Shown piece by piece: positions 47,851 through 61,104 of a stretch of DNA of 64,000 bases (within the stretch, counting starts at the first letter, position 1; each line of letters starts with the position of its first letter). This DNA comes from Myxococcota bacterium. Its GTDB lineage: Bacteria > Myxococcota_A > Polyangia > HGW-17. The notes under the pieces are model-generated. The model saw only the letters and a list, made by a program, of their open reading frames with translations, did no database searches and had not been told where the DNA came from. The stretch lies in the NCBI GenBank assembly GCA_036802685.1, contig DAIRVS010000004.1, positions 2,651-66,650 on the forward strand, in the 5' to 3' direction. A program made the position numbers and the translations under genes.

Positions 47851-48922
47851 CGCTGGTCCAGCCGAAGGGATCTTCCTTCCGGCCGTACTGGATGCCGAGC
47901 AGGTCGGCGTACATGCGGCGGGCGATGGGACCGGACTGGCCATCGGCCACCTGGTGTTCGTGACCGCAGAAGGCGATGTGGGACACGGGGGAGATGACTG
48001 CGGCGGTGCCGGTGCCGAACACCTCGGTGATCCCGCCGGACACCACGCCCGAGATCACCTCGGCGATGGAGACCGGGCGCTCCTCGACGGTCAGGCCCTG
48101 GTGCCGGGCGAGCCGGATCACCGAGTCGCGGGTGATGCCGGGCAGGATGCTGCCGTTGAGCGGGCTGGTGACGAGGCGGCCGTCGATGATGAAGAAGATG
48201 TTCATCGTGCCGACCTCCTCCACGTTGCGGCGCTCCAGGGCGTCGAGCCAGAGGACCTGGGCGTAGCCCGCCTTCTTGGCCTCCCACTGGGACGCCAGCG
48301 AGGCGGCGTAATTGCCCGCGCACTTGGCCTCGCCGGTGCCGCCGCGCACGGCGCGGAAGTACTTGTCGTTCACATAAATCTTGACGGCATTCAGGTTGTC
48401 GTTGTCCTGTGGATAGTACGAAGCCACCGGACTAGCGATGATGAAAAATAAATATTTGTTCGACGGACGCACGCCCAGGGCGGCGTCGGTGGCGATCATG
48501 GTGGGGCGGATGTAGAGCGCGTAGCCGTGCTTGGGCGGGATCCAGCGCTCGTCGGCGCGCACCAGTTCGCACAGGCCCTGGAAGGCCGCCTCCTCGTCCA
48601 GTTTGGGCATCACCAGACGCTGGGCCGAGCGGCTCATGCGGGCGAAGTTGTCGCGGGGCCGGAAACCATACACATGGTTATTCTCGCCTCGATAGACCTT
48701 CATGCCCTCGAAGATCTCCTGGCCGTAGTGCAGGCACATGGCGGCGGGATCCATCGTCAGGGACTGGTAGGGGACGACGCGCGGGTTCTGCCACCCGACA
48801 CCCTCCTCGTAATCCATCATGAACATGTGGTCGGAGAAGTACTTGCCGAAGCCCAGGCCCTGGGTCCATTCAGGGATCGGCTTGCGCTGGGAGTCTGCGC
48901 AGATCGTCACGGAAATCGACAT
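47840..48922 (-). CDS. ilvE: branched-chain amino acid aminotransferase
   Basis: Fold-IV PLP enzyme motifs (EGMKVYRG..., ...GTGEAKCAGNYAASL, GTMNIFFI, LPGITR); start taken at MSISVT with a GGAGGTG SD. Confidence 0.85.
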   Translation of the reverse strand: MSISVTICADSQRKPIPEWTQGLGFGKYFSDHMFMMDYEEGVGWQNPRVVPYQSLTMDPAAMCLHYGQEIFEGMKVYRGENNHVYGFRPRDNFARMSRSAQRLVMPKLDEEAAFQGLCELVRADERWIPPKHGYALYIRPTMIATDAALGVRPSNKYLFFIIASPVASYYPQDNDNLNAVKIYVNDKYFRAVRGGTGEAKCAGNYAASLASQWEAKKAGYAQVLWLDALERRNVEEVGTMNIFFIIDGRLVTSPLNGSILPGITRDSVIRLARHQGLTVEERPVSIAEVISGVVSGGITEVFGTGTAAVISPVSHIAFCGHEHQVADGQSGPIARRMYADLLGIQYGRKEDPFGWTSVIL

Positions 48923-49004
48923 GGGGTTCACCTCCGGGTTGGGCGCCCGTTGGGGGCGCGGGTTCCGGCTCGGGTTATGGCACGTTTCCGCGCGTTTGGG
49001 CAAC

Positions 49005-49033
49005 TTGAAAAAGACGCGCAAACAATGTAAGTT
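49005..49033 (+). promoter_or_regulatory. sigma70-like promoter for proS: -35 TTGAAA, 17-nt spacer, -10 TAAGTT; followed by an A/T-stem leader hairpin
   Basis: TTGAAAaagacgcgcaaacaatgTAAGTT; downstream GGTTTTTCG...CGAAAAAAACC inverted repeat in the leader. Confidence 0.4.
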
Positions 49034-49095
49034 CGCGCGGTCGCGGTTTTTCGTGTCCGCTGCGAAAAAAACCCGCCTGGAAAGGGTTCCACATC

Positions 49096-50826
49096 ATGCG
49101 AGTTTCCAAACTGGTCGCCAGAACGCTGCGGGAAGATCCCAAGGACGCCCCGCTTAAAAGCCACAACCTGCTGCTGCGCGGCGGGTACATCCTGCAGGTC
49201 GCTGCCGGCATCTACACGATGATGCCCCTGGCCAAGCGCATCGCGCAGAAGATCGAGCGCATCATCCGCGAGGAGATGAACCGGATCGAGGGCCAGGAGA
49301 TCACCATGCCGGTGGTCATGCCCCGGGAGCTCTGGGACGAGGCCGGGCGCTACGAGGCCGTCGGCCCCGAGATGCTCCGCTTCCGCGACCGCAACGGCCA
49401 GGACATGCTGCTGGGCATGACCCACGAGGAGCCGGTGGTGCAAGCGGCCCGCGCCCACATCACCTCCTACCGCCAACTGCCGGTCATGATGTACCAGATC
49501 CAGACCAAGTTCCGCGACGAGGCCCGCTCCCGCGGCGGCCTGATCCGGGTGCGCGAGTTCACGATGAAGGACGCCTACTCCTTCCACGCCACCCATGAGG
49601 ACATGCTGGCCTATTACGACCGCTGCCACGCCGCCTACGGGCGCATCTTCCGCCGGGCCGGCCTGGTCCACTTCGTCGACGTCGAGAGCGACACCGGCAT
49701 GATGGGCGGCGGCATGTCCCACGAGTTCATGTTCCTGACCGACGTGGGCGAGGACACCCTGTTCCTCTGCGACGGCTGCGGCTACCGCGCGAACCGCGAG
49801 GTGGCCCGCTTCGCCTTCTCCCCCGCCGGTGGGGCCGAGCCGGCCCCGTTGGAGAAGGTCGCCACCCCCGGCATGAAGACGATCGAGGAGGTCTCGACGT
49901 TCCTCGGCGTGCAGGCGGCCGACACCGCCAAGGCCGTGCTCTACGTCCACGACAAGAAGGACTTCGTGTTCGTGCTGATCCGCGGCGACTTCGAGGTCAA
50001 CGAGACGAAGCTGGCTAAGATCCTGGGCAAGGGCGAGCTCAGGCCGGCCCAGGACGAGGAGATCCGCGCCCTGGGGGCGGTGCCCGGCTACGCCAGCCCG
50101 CTGGGTCTGGACACCACGAAGTTCACCCTCCTCGTGGACGAGACCGTCCTGCGCTCGGCCAACCTGGTGACGGGGGCCAACGAGGAGGGCTTCCACGTGC
50201 GCAACTTCAACGCCGCCCGGGACCTGAAGGGCGGACGCCCGGTGGAGCTCGCCACCCCCCGCGAGGGGGACGCCTGCAGCGCCTGCGGCGCCCCGTTGCG
50301 CGTCTCCCGCGGCATCGAGATCGGGAACATCTTCCAGTTGGGGACCAAGTACTCCGCTCCCATGCGCTGCGAGTTCCTGGACGCCGACGGCAAGAGCCGG
50401 CCGATGATCATGGGTTGTTACGGCATCGGCGTGGGTCGTCTGCTGGCCTCGGTGATCGAGGAGCACAACGACGCCTACGGACCGATCTGGCCGATCTCCA
50501 TCGCCCCCTACGAGGTGCACGTGTGCGTGCTCGACGCCCAGAAGGGCGGCGTGGGGGAGGCGGCCGCCGGGCTCGTGGAGAAGCTGGAGGCGGCCGGGGT
50601 CGAGGTTCTGGTGGACGACCGCAACGAGAAGGCCGGCGTCCAGTTCGCCGACGCCGATCTGTTCGGCGTGCCCCTGCGGCTGATCCTCTCGCCGCGGAAC
50701 CTGGCCCAGGGCATGGTGGAGTTCAAGCTCCGCGGCCGCAAGGAGAGCGAGATGTGGCCCGTCGACGAGGTCCCCGCCCGCCTGGCCGAGGTGATCGCCC
50801 GTGAAAAAGCGAAATATCTGGATTAA
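49096..50826 (+). CDS. proS: prolyl-tRNA synthetase (bacterial type, with editing domain)
   Basis: Class II aaRS motifs 1-3 (FRDE...GLIRVREFTMKDAYSF..., GCYGIGVGRL), INS editing domain, anticodon-binding domain. Confidence 0.9.
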   Translation: MRVSKLVARTLREDPKDAPLKSHNLLLRGGYILQVAAGIYTMMPLAKRIAQKIERIIREEMNRIEGQEITMPVVMPRELWDEAGRYEAVGPEMLRFRDRNGQDMLLGMTHEEPVVQAARAHITSYRQLPVMMYQIQTKFRDEARSRGGLIRVREFTMKDAYSFHATHEDMLAYYDRCHAAYGRIFRRAGLVHFVDVESDTGMMGGGMSHEFMFLTDVGEDTLFLCDGCGYRANREVARFAFSPAGGAEPAPLEKVATPGMKTIEEVSTFLGVQAADTAKAVLYVHDKKDFVFVLIRGDFEVNETKLAKILGKGELRPAQDEEIRALGAVPGYASPLGLDTTKFTLLVDETVLRSANLVTGANEEGFHVRNFNAARDLKGGRPVELATPREGDACSACGAPLRVSRGIEIGNIFQLGTKYSAPMRCEFLDADGKSRPMIMGCYGIGVGRLLASVIEEHNDAYGPIWPISIAPYEVHVCVLDAQKGGVGEAAAGLVEKLEAAGVEVLVDDRNEKAGVQFADADLFGVPLRLILSPRNLAQGMVEFKLRGRKESEMWPVDEVPARLAEVIAREKAKYLD

Positions 50827-51499
50827 GCCCATATCCCGCATCCTCCGCTGCTGGGGGATCACCTGCGCCGTGGGCGGCGTGGTCCTCATGGCCTGGGTCC
50901 TTCTGTCTTCGCCTCCGACGATCGGTCACACGCGCCGGAATCTCGCCACCGAGCTCTCCCGGCTGGGCTTCTCGGTGGCCGAGTCTGACATCGTGGTGGC
51001 CGGCGGCCTGCCCCGGGACGGGGCCCGGTGGGCCACCCATGAGAGGACCGTGGTGTTCCTGGGGGCGGGGCGGCTCAGCCGCAGGCTGGACCTGTGGGCG
51101 GTCCGGGCGGAGTTGTCCCCCGGGGGCGTGCCCCTCGCGCTGCGGGATCTGCGGAACCTCAGCGGCACCTTCTGGCACAACGAGCGCCAGGCGGCGGTCG
51201 GTGCGAAGTGGGCACTGTGGCCATCGCCGGCCATGCCCGGTCTTTTTCACCTGGTCTGGCTCCCCGACCCAAACCGCCGGTTCGGGCTGCGGGTGACCCC
51301 TGCCCCCGAGGACGCCGCCGTCGCGCTCACGGAGGGACACGCCCGGATCTCGGGGACCGTCGCCGGGCGCCCGGTCGAGGTGCGCGTGGACCTGCAAACC
51401 GGGGAGGTCCTGACCCGTGGAGACGTCACGGCCTCCCTCGCCGAGGGGGAGGCGCCCGCGGGCCACGCCCGGCTTGCCGGACCCACGAAAGTCAGGTAG
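50801..51499 (+). CDS. hypothetical membrane-anchored protein (GTG start; overlaps the proS end)
   Basis: One N-terminal TM segment (ITCAVGGVVLMAWVLL); start is uncertain. Confidence 0.4.
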   Translation: MKKRNIWIKPISRILRCWGITCAVGGVVLMAWVLLSSPPTIGHTRRNLATELSRLGFSVAESDIVVAGGLPRDGARWATHERTVVFLGAGRLSRRLDLWAVRAELSPGGVPLALRDLRNLSGTFWHNERQAAVGAKWALWPSPAMPGLFHLVWLPDPNRRFGLRVTPAPEDAAVALTEGHARISGTVAGRPVEVRVDLQTGEVLTRGDVTASLAEGEAPAGHARLAGPTKVR

Positions 51500-51520
51500 G
51501 GTGGGCTGCGAGGAGACCCC

Positions 51521-52623
51521 ATGACCCCCGTCGAGATCGCCATCACCGCAGCCGCGTTTCTCACGTTCATCATGATGGTGTTCATTTTCATGTTCTTCAC
51601 GACCACCGGTCTGGGCAAGCGCAAGGAGCGCGAGTTCACGTTCGCCGGGACCGAGGAGCTGCACGACCTGTATGCGCAGGTCCCCGGCGCCTGCCCCGAG
51701 GCCTATGCGATCCCCGGGGTCAACGCCCTCCTCGAACAGATCCGCCAGGCCGTGGCCGACGGCCAACTGTTGCGGGCCCGGGTGCTGGCCACGCTGGTGG
51801 GGGAGCTCAAACAGGAGCCTGACTTCTGTCCGCGGGAGCTGCGTCAGGTGCTGCTGCCGGATCTGCACCAACTGAAGATCCCGGTGAGCGCGGCATTGAT
51901 CGCCTCCCGGGTGGCCCACCCGGCCATGCGATCCCCCCTGACGCCGGTGCTGGCCACCCTGGCCGGTCCGCTGCTCTCGGACCAGAGCGAGCCGCTGGCC
52001 GCCTACGACCTGCGCGGGGAGCACCGCGCGGCCAACCGGCGCCGGCTGGAGCCCGTCGTGGACATGGTCTATCAACTGAGCCGGCTGCTGCTCACCTTCG
52101 AACCCGAGTTGTTCTACGTCGAGGAGGAGCTGGACCTGATCCACGTGCAGGGTCAACAACTGGGCGCCTGGATGCCGGCGCTGCTCGTCGGGGGTCGTTT
52201 CCTCGCGCGCCCGCCCGAGCAGCAACTGGTGCTCGTCGCGCGCAAGTTGGCCCTGTTCCGGCCCGAGTTCCGCATCCTGACGGCGGTTCCCACCGAAGAG
52301 TCCTTCCTCGAGCTGGCCGGCCCCCTCGAACACCTGGCTTCGGGCCGGGAGGACCGGATCCTGGGCTGGAACCTGGTGCAGGCGACCTCCCGGGAGCGGT
52401 GCGTCCAGGCCCTCGGAATCCTGGGCCCCGTCGGTCCCGAGGTGCTGCTCCAATGGCGCAAGGGCGCGCTCCTCACCTGTTCGCGGCTGGCGTTGCTGGT
52501 GACGGCCCAGTGGACGCCTCTGCGGAACATCCTGGCCGAGGAGAATGATCCCGGGGTGCGGGTGGATCTGATGTCCTTTCTGGCCGGGGATCATTTTCAC
52601 GAGTCCCTCCTGCAGTTGCGGTC

Positions 52624-52627
<4 letters not shown>
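51521..52627 (+). CDS. hypothetical membrane-anchored protein
   Basis: N-terminal TM (AITAAAFLTFIMMVFIFMFF); stop overlaps the histidine kinase start (ATGA). Confidence 0.5.
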
Positions 52628-54885
<2,258 letters not shown>

Positions 54886-54899
54886 CGGAGGGCAAAAAC

Positions 54900-56885
54900 A
54901 TGAAACGCTGTCTCGGAATCCTGATCCTGCTGGCGCTCGCGTCCTGCGACGACGATCCGTCGAACCACGGCACGAACAACGTCAACAACACCAACAACAC
55001 CAACAACCAGGACCTGCCGCCGCCCCTGTGCCAGAGCGCGACGGGGGGCGCGGTGACCTTCACGGACGTCTCGGCCGAGGCCGGGATCGATCCCGACGGC
55101 GCCCACCTGCTGGGCAACCGCCTCGGGGCGGTGGACCTCGACGGAGACGGTTATCCCGAGCTCGTCGTCCACACCGGGGACGGCTACAACCGGGACGCGG
55201 CCGACGCCCAGGATTTCCAGCGGAAGAAGCGCGTGTTGCGCAACATGGAGGACCCACAGAACCCCGGACGCCGGATCTTCGTCGAGCACACCTCGGCGTC
55301 GGGCTACGACACCGTGCCGGGTACCGAAGAGGGCGGTCGGGGCGCCAGTTTCGCGGTGGCGGGGGACGTGAACGGCGACGGGCACCTGGACCTGGTGTCG
55401 GTGGTTTACGCCTCCACCGCCGAGACCGCGGTGGTGGACGACACCACCGTGCTCCTGGGGGATGGCGCCGGCCACTTCACGCCGGAGGAACGGGACCAGC
55501 CCTGGGTGAATGATCTGTATTATTCGGTCACCTCCGCGGCCTTGACGGACTACAACCGGGACGGCTCCCTCGACCTCTTCATGGGGTATTCTTACAAGAC
55601 CTACGGCATCTCGCCGCAGCAGGACCGGCTGTTCCGGAACTCGGGTTCCGGCGTGTTCGGCGACGTCACCGATTCGGCCGGGCTCACCACCTTCTCCGGC
55701 GGGGAGGCCGAGGGCCGCAACCACAAGGCCACCTGGGGGGTCACCGTGTGCGACATCAACCGGGACGGCTGGCCGGACCTGCTCTCCAGTTCTTACGGTC
55801 GTGCGTGGAACCAGTTGTTCCTGGGCGTGGACGGCCGCACGTTCACCGACGCGTCGGAGTCCTCGACCTATCGTTCCGACGACGTCGTGGACTACTCCGA
55901 CAACCAGTTCTATGTCTGCCACTGCATGTATTTTGCTGGTCCCGAGTGTGACGAGGTGGAGCCCGGGCAGGCCTTGATTGAATGCTCCAATCAGAACGAC
56001 TACTGGTACGTGGGAGTCGACGACCAGCCCCACCGCAACGCCGGCAACACCTTCACCACCCTGTGCGCGGACTTCGACAACGACGGCGATATGGACGCCT
56101 ACCATGCCGAGATCCAGCACTGGCACATCGGGAAGAGCTCCGACCCTTCGCAGTTGCTGCGCAACACCGGTGAGTCTCCGCTGCGCTTCGAGCGTCCCGG
56201 GAACGCGGCCACCGGATTGTCCCGCGAGCACGAGATGGTCGATTGGAACGAGGGGGACATCACGGCCGCCGCTCTGGATTTCGACAACGACGGTCTCCTG
56301 GACATCCTGGTGGGCGACTCGGACTATCCGGGCACCAAAGCCCGCCTGTTCCGCCAGAACCCCGATCACACCTTCGAGGAGGTGGCCGAGGAGCTGGGGC
56401 TCATGGCGCCCCGCGCCGGCGGCGTGACTTATTTGGATTATGACCAGGATGGAGATCTCGACCTCCTCGTCGGCTTCTCACGCATGCGCTGCGACTCCGG
56501 GAACGACTGCATCTTCGACGAGCCACGGGTGCGCCTGTTCCGCAACGAGGGCGGCTCGACCCGGAACCGGGTCGTCTTCCGACTGCGCGGCGGCGGCGTC
56601 TACGGCTTCGCCAACACCTTCGCCATCGGCGCCCAGGTGAGCGTGACCGCCGGCGGCGTGACCCAGGTGCGAGAATTGATGTCCGCGTACGGGCACTTTG
56701 GCATCCTCACGCCCCTGGACCTGTGGTTCGGGCTGGGGGACGAGTGCGCGATCGAGCGCGTGGAGATCCGCTGGCCCAATCTCGAGAACACCGTCACCGT
56801 GCTCGAGAATGTATCAGCAAATTATATTTATTACCTCGACGAGGTGGAAGGACTGCTGCAATGGGAAGCGCTGCCCGTCGACTGA
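54900..56885 (+). CDS. CRTAC1-family lipoprotein (FG-GAP/VCBS repeats plus a C-terminal ASPIC/UnbV domain) with an N-terminal NNVNNTNNTNN linker
   Basis: Lipobox LALASC; repeated DxDGDGxxD FG-GAP-like calcium-binding motifs; C-terminal ...RLFRNEGG...VRVEIRWPN resembles the UnbV_ASPIC domain. Confidence 0.7.
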   Translation: MKRCLGILILLALASCDDDPSNHGTNNVNNTNNTNNQDLPPPLCQSATGGAVTFTDVSAEAGIDPDGAHLLGNRLGAVDLDGDGYPELVVHTGDGYNRDAADAQDFQRKKRVLRNMEDPQNPGRRIFVEHTSASGYDTVPGTEEGGRGASFAVAGDVNGDGHLDLVSVVYASTAETAVVDDTTVLLGDGAGHFTPEERDQPWVNDLYYSVTSAALTDYNRDGSLDLFMGYSYKTYGISPQQDRLFRNSGSGVFGDVTDSAGLTTFSGGEAEGRNHKATWGVTVCDINRDGWPDLLSSSYGRAWNQLFLGVDGRTFTDASESSTYRSDDVVDYSDNQFYVCHCMYFAGPECDEVEPGQALIECSNQNDYWYVGVDDQPHRNAGNTFTTLCADFDNDGDMDAYHAEIQHWHIGKSSDPSQLLRNTGESPLRFERPGNAATGLSREHEMVDWNEGDITAAALDFDNDGLLDILVGDSDYPGTKARLFRQNPDHTFEEVAEELGLMAPRAGGVTYLDYDQDGDLDLLVGFSRMRCDSGNDCIFDEPRVRLFRNEGGSTRNRVVFRLRGGGVYGFANTFAIGAQVSVTAGGVTQVRELMSAYGHFGILTPLDLWFGLGDECAIERVEIRWPNLENTVTVLENVSANYIYYLDEVEGLLQWEALPVD

Positions 56886-58879
56886 TCCTGGTCCTCGCCC
56901 TGCTGGTCCCGATCCTGGGCTCGGCGGCCTGCGCCGAGCCCGGCGAGAAGCACACGCCGGTCGTGCAGGAGTGGCACGAGATGTCCGTGATGTACGTGTT
57001 TCCGTCGGTGGTCCTGCCGGGCACGCGCCTGTGGGTCGAGGGAGGCCCGTTCCCCGACGAGAGCTTCGGCGCCACCGAGGTCCTGCTCGAGGGGACCTTC
57101 CACCACGACGACGGCTTCGTCCACGTCTTCGAGAGCCTGCCCGCCGTGCGTCACCGGGCGGATCGCGTCTACGTGGACCTCTCGGACGAGGTCTTCGGCC
57201 GCATCTGCGGGGGAGCTCCGCGTCCGGGTCAGTTGCTGGTGAACGTCCGGGTCCGCTCCACCTCCCTCTTCTCGGGGCGCGCCTACTCCTCGTCCACCCT
57301 CCCGGCCGATCTGGTCACCGCCCTCGAGCTCGCCCCGGAGCTCGCCGCGGTCCAGGCCGACCCCTTCGTGAGCCTGGAGGGGAAACTGGGCTTCACCGGA
57401 CGTCGGCTGGTGCTCTCCGAAGAGGAGGGCGTCAGCGTGGCCGTCCTCGAGGGTTGTCTGCTCCCGGAGGGGGCTGGCGGACCCTGCGAGACGGTCGGCC
57501 GGCCGGTGGGTCCCGTGGAGCTGCCCGTCACCGATCCCGACCCCCGCACCCGGGACGGCGGCTCGGTGGTCCTGCCCTCCTTCGTGTTCGGCGTGCATCC
57601 GGCCAACTTTACAGGCACGCTGCGGCTGCGCAACCGCCCGGCCCTGGGACCGGAGGCGGACTCCGCGGCCCTGCCGGTCTCGCTGGAGCTGCTCGAGGTG
57701 GAACTGACCCAAGTATCCACCGTCCGATCCTCCCTGGGGGGGTACGTGGACATCCACGGGCACGCCTTCGCGCCCGCCGCCGAGGGGTGCGCCACGACGT
57801 TCTCCCTGCTGGGCACCTGGACCCCCGAGGGCGGTTTGTCCGAGGCGCTGGACGTGATCTGGATCCCGGAGATCCGAGACGGGGAGCTGGCCCGTCACGT
57901 GCTGGACGGGCAGGCGGATCTCGGGGAGGTGCTGGACCTGCGGACCGCCCGGGGAGTGGTCGAAGCCGATCTGACCGCGCGGGTCTGCTGTGGCGCCGAC
58001 TGCGAGGAGAGCAACACCGTTCCCATGCGACTCGAGCTCGTGCCCGTCCTGCAGAAGGTCCAGTTGGTGTATCAGGACAGTTACTACTCGGCGCTGGCCC
58101 AGTGGGGGCTCACCGGCGTGGACTCGGCCATCCGGGACCGGGCGCGGCAGGTCATCCGCGGCCTGTACGAAGGCATCCACCTCGAGATCACCGAGGACGA
58201 GATCGCCGACTACCGGCTATACTCCCGCGTGGAGATCCACGGCTTCGACCCCAACGGCTATGGGTTGCTCGGCTACGACAACTCCCCGGGCAAGGACGTC
58301 GGCAACGTGCGCCTGCATGACGTGCTGGGTGGGCACAACGCCCTCACCCAGGAGGACGGCTATCCGGGCTATGGTGGGGTGTTCCTGCACAGTTTCTTCG
58401 GGCTCTCCCTGCATCCACCCGTGGGTCTCACCCCCATGGAAATCGCCGACGCGCTGTTCGACCGGGTCTTCGACCCGTTCCGGCCGGACCGCAAGGGGAC
58501 ACCTGTGAACGCCCAGGAGGCGGCCTCCCATACGCCCGTCTCCCACGGCCCTTCCTGCGCCTCGGTGGGCACCAACCGGCTAGAGCGCGTCGCCTGCGCC
58601 GTGTACGTGCTGGGAACCCTGCTGGGCACCACCCTCGCCCATGAGATCGGCCACAGCCTGGGGCTCGCCCAGCCTTATGTGGACGGGGCCTTCCATAACC
58701 CCGGGGACGCGCCCCTGCGCCTGATGGACGCCGGCAACGCGCGGTCCTTCGTGGAGCGCGCCGGCCTCAGTGAGGCCGGGTTCGAGGCGTTCTGCACCGA
58801 GGATTTCCTCTACCTGCGCGATGTCCTTCCGGATCCGGATCGGGAGGGCAGCGGCACCGGGCGTCCGGCCTGCAACTAG
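56861..58879 (+). CDS. putative zinc metalloprotease lipoprotein (HExxH: TLAHEIGHSLGL)
   Basis: Lipobox ILGSAAC; HEIGHSLGL zincin motif near the C-terminus; start overlaps the upstream gene. Confidence 0.55.
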   Translation: MGSAARRLILVLALLVPILGSAACAEPGEKHTPVVQEWHEMSVMYVFPSVVLPGTRLWVEGGPFPDESFGATEVLLEGTFHHDDGFVHVFESLPAVRHRADRVYVDLSDEVFGRICGGAPRPGQLLVNVRVRSTSLFSGRAYSSSTLPADLVTALELAPELAAVQADPFVSLEGKLGFTGRRLVLSEEEGVSVAVLEGCLLPEGAGGPCETVGRPVGPVELPVTDPDPRTRDGGSVVLPSFVFGVHPANFTGTLRLRNRPALGPEADSAALPVSLELLEVELTQVSTVRSSLGGYVDIHGHAFAPAAEGCATTFSLLGTWTPEGGLSEALDVIWIPEIRDGELARHVLDGQADLGEVLDLRTARGVVEADLTARVCCGADCEESNTVPMRLELVPVLQKVQLVYQDSYYSALAQWGLTGVDSAIRDRARQVIRGLYEGIHLEITEDEIADYRLYSRVEIHGFDPNGYGLLGYDNSPGKDVGNVRLHDVLGGHNALTQEDGYPGYGGVFLHSFFGLSLHPPVGLTPMEIADALFDRVFDPFRPDRKGTPVNAQEAASHTPVSHGPSCASVGTNRLERVACAVYVLGTLLGTTLAHEIGHSLGLAQPYVDGAFHNPGDAPLRLMDAGNARSFVERAGLSEAGFEAFCTEDFLYLRDVLPDPDREGSGTGRPACN

Positions 58880-58901
58880 GCCCAGGAGTCGGGAAGACAA
58901 C

Positions 58902-59939
58902 GTGCGCCGGTCCCTGCCGCTCCTGCTCCTGCTGATGTCCGCCTGCGACTGGTTCGGCGCCCGCCAGGAGAAGCCCGCCCCGGAGAAGCCCGTCCGTTTC
59001 TCCGAGGATCCGGCCTACCTGGCCCTGGTCCGGGACAGCATGACCCGGGAACGCGGGCCGTGGGATCGCTACCTCTCGGCGGGGGGCAACCTGGTGCGGG
59101 ACGGCCGCCGGTTCAAGGCTTACGTCTTCTTGCGCCAGGGAATCTCCATCCAGCAGATGCAGAGCGTGCTGGTTCTGGGGAAGACCGAGCTGGTCTCCGG
59201 GGAGTCGCCCGTGGCCGCGACCCGGGAGCTCGACGGCACCATGCACGAGCTGCACCTGGTCCGGCTCGGTCCGGTCTTCGACCAGCACTTGCTGTTCACC
59301 ACCCTGGGGCGCCAGGTGTCGGGCTACCAGGTCATCACCAGCGTCTATTGGGACGTGCACGAGGTGCTGGGAGGACGCTGGGGGTTTCGCGAGGTGTGGA
59401 AGGTCTCCCACGTCTATGACCCGACGATCCCGGAGAGTTATTCGCCGCCGGACTTTCATTACTGGGATGTGGACGACGACGGCGTGCAGGAGATCGTCGT
59501 CACCAACCCGTGGAAGGGGGCGCCGCCGCCCTGGCGGTACCGCTGGGCGGTCTTTCGGTGGCACCCACCCACCCGCCGCCTCATCCCGTTGCGGGGGCTG
59601 GCCCTGTTCCCCTTCCGTGACCAGGAGCCTGACTGGCTGGTATGGTCCGTCCTCGAGCAGCAGCGGATGCAGCAGACCGACGAGCTCGTCCGCGCCTTCG
59701 CCACGACCCCCTCCTGCGACCCGTCTCCCGCGCTGCTGCAGGCGCTGGCCTATTTCCCCGGCCAGCCGGAGGGTGCCCCGGTGATTCTGCACCGCGACGA
59801 GCGGTCCTGCCGGCTCCAGGCGGACCTCGTCTCGGCCAAGGAGCGGATGCGCATGGAGGTGGAGTTGGTCGCGGACGTCACGCCGTTCATGACCCGGTGG
59901 CGGATCTGCCGCATCCAGTTGTTCCGGATCAGGCGTTGA
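58902..59939 (+). CDS. lipoprotein of unknown function (GTG start)
   Basis: VRRSLPLLLLLMSAC lipobox; no recognised domain. Confidence 0.5.
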   Translation: MRRSLPLLLLLMSACDWFGARQEKPAPEKPVRFSEDPAYLALVRDSMTRERGPWDRYLSAGGNLVRDGRRFKAYVFLRQGISIQQMQSVLVLGKTELVSGESPVAATRELDGTMHELHLVRLGPVFDQHLLFTTLGRQVSGYQVITSVYWDVHEVLGGRWGFREVWKVSHVYDPTIPESYSPPDFHYWDVDDDGVQEIVVTNPWKGAPPPWRYRWAVFRWHPPTRRLIPLRGLALFPFRDQEPDWLVWSVLEQQRMQQTDELVRAFATTPSCDPSPALLQALAYFPGQPEGAPVILHRDERSCRLQADLVSAKERMRMEVELVADVTPFMTRWRICRIQLFRIRR

Positions 59940-61104
59940 AGTGCATCTCGGCGGCTGACGGACACAAGGTGCACACGATGCCCTGGATGATCTGATCCTG
60001 GACCACCGGGGAGATCCACAAATAGAGGGAGGTGCCCGAGACGGGGCAGGAGGTGATCCGCCCGGTCTCGAGGGCGTCCTCGAGGTTGCCCAGGATCTGA
60101 GGGGAGAAGAACGCCAGGGGGGTCACATGGAAGCGCTGGCCGATCAGGCCGTCCCCCAGCCACTTCCGGGCGGACTCGTTGACCCAGGTGACGACCATGC
60201 GGGTGTCCAGGAACAGCATGCCGAAGGGATGCTGGATGAAGGCGGCCTGCAGGTCGAAGGGCGGGGGAGGTCCGGGTTCGGGGACGCGGGCGGGGATGGG
60301 GCCGGACTCCGCCTCCGGGGCGCCGTCGCTGCAGGCGAGATCCCCGAGGGTGAGCAGCCGGTCCCGCGGGGCGAAGGACAGCAGGCCGAACAGGAAGGCG
60401 GCCAGTTTGGGCGAGATCGTCCGGCGCTCCAGCGGGAGGTTCAGTTCGCCGGACTGGTGGAACACCGGCAGCACGCCGAACGTGAGCTCGTGCAGCAGCA
60501 CGCCCAGCGCGAAGGCGTCGGCCCCGGCGTTGGGCATGCCGCCCGAGAAGATCTCGGGGGGCAGGTATTCGCGGGTGACGTTCATGGCGAGCCAGTCGTC
60601 GAGGCGCCGCATGGGCACGAAGTCCAACACCACCACCCAGGGATCCCGGGGACCCTTGGTGAGGAAGATGTTCTCCGGCTTGATGTCTCCGTGGAGCATG
60701 TTCCGGTCGTGGATGGTCCGCAGGCAGGAGGCGACCTGGGCGCCGACGGACCGGATGAAGAACTCGGACAGTTCCCGGTGTCCTGAGATGTGCCGCGCCA
60801 GGCTCTCCCCCTCCAGGAGGTCCATCACCCAGTAGGGCCCGAGCTCGGGGTCTTCCCCAAAGTCCAGGGTCCGGACCAGGTGCGGGTGCGTGAACTGCAG
60901 TCCGAAGCGGGCGCCGGCGAGGAAGTGCTGGACCTGGTCAGGCTGCAGCGGGCCCTCCTTGCGCAGGAGGATCTTCACGGCCACACTCCGGTGCTCGGCG
61001 GTGTCCTCGGCCTCGAACACGGCGGAGAGGCCGCCGGTCCCGGCCAGCCGGACGAGCCGGTACCGGTTCTGCAGGGTGCGGGGAATCTCGAAGATCGGGT
61101 TCAT
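59929..61104 (-). CDS. Ser/Thr protein kinase with a C-terminal PAS-like sensor domain
   Basis: Gly-loop LAGTGGLSAVF, VAVK, catalytic HGDIKPENIF, DFV (DFG-like); C-terminal PAS-like segment. Confidence 0.8.
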   Translation of the reverse strand: MNPIFEIPRTLQNRYRLVRLAGTGGLSAVFEAEDTAEHRSVAVKILLRKEGPLQPDQVQHFLAGARFGLQFTHPHLVRTLDFGEDPELGPYWVMDLLEGESLARHISGHRELSEFFIRSVGAQVASCLRTIHDRNMLHGDIKPENIFLTKGPRDPWVVVLDFVPMRRLDDWLAMNVTREYLPPEIFSGGMPNAGADAFALGVLLHELTFGVLPVFHQSGELNLPLERRTISPKLAAFLFGLLSFAPRDRLLTLGDLACSDGAPEAESGPIPARVPEPGPPPPFDLQAAFIQHPFGMLFLDTRMVVTWVNESARKWLGDGLIGQRFHVTPLAFFSPQILGNLEDALETGRITSCPVSGTSLYLWISPVVQDQIIQGIVCTLCPSAAEMHFNA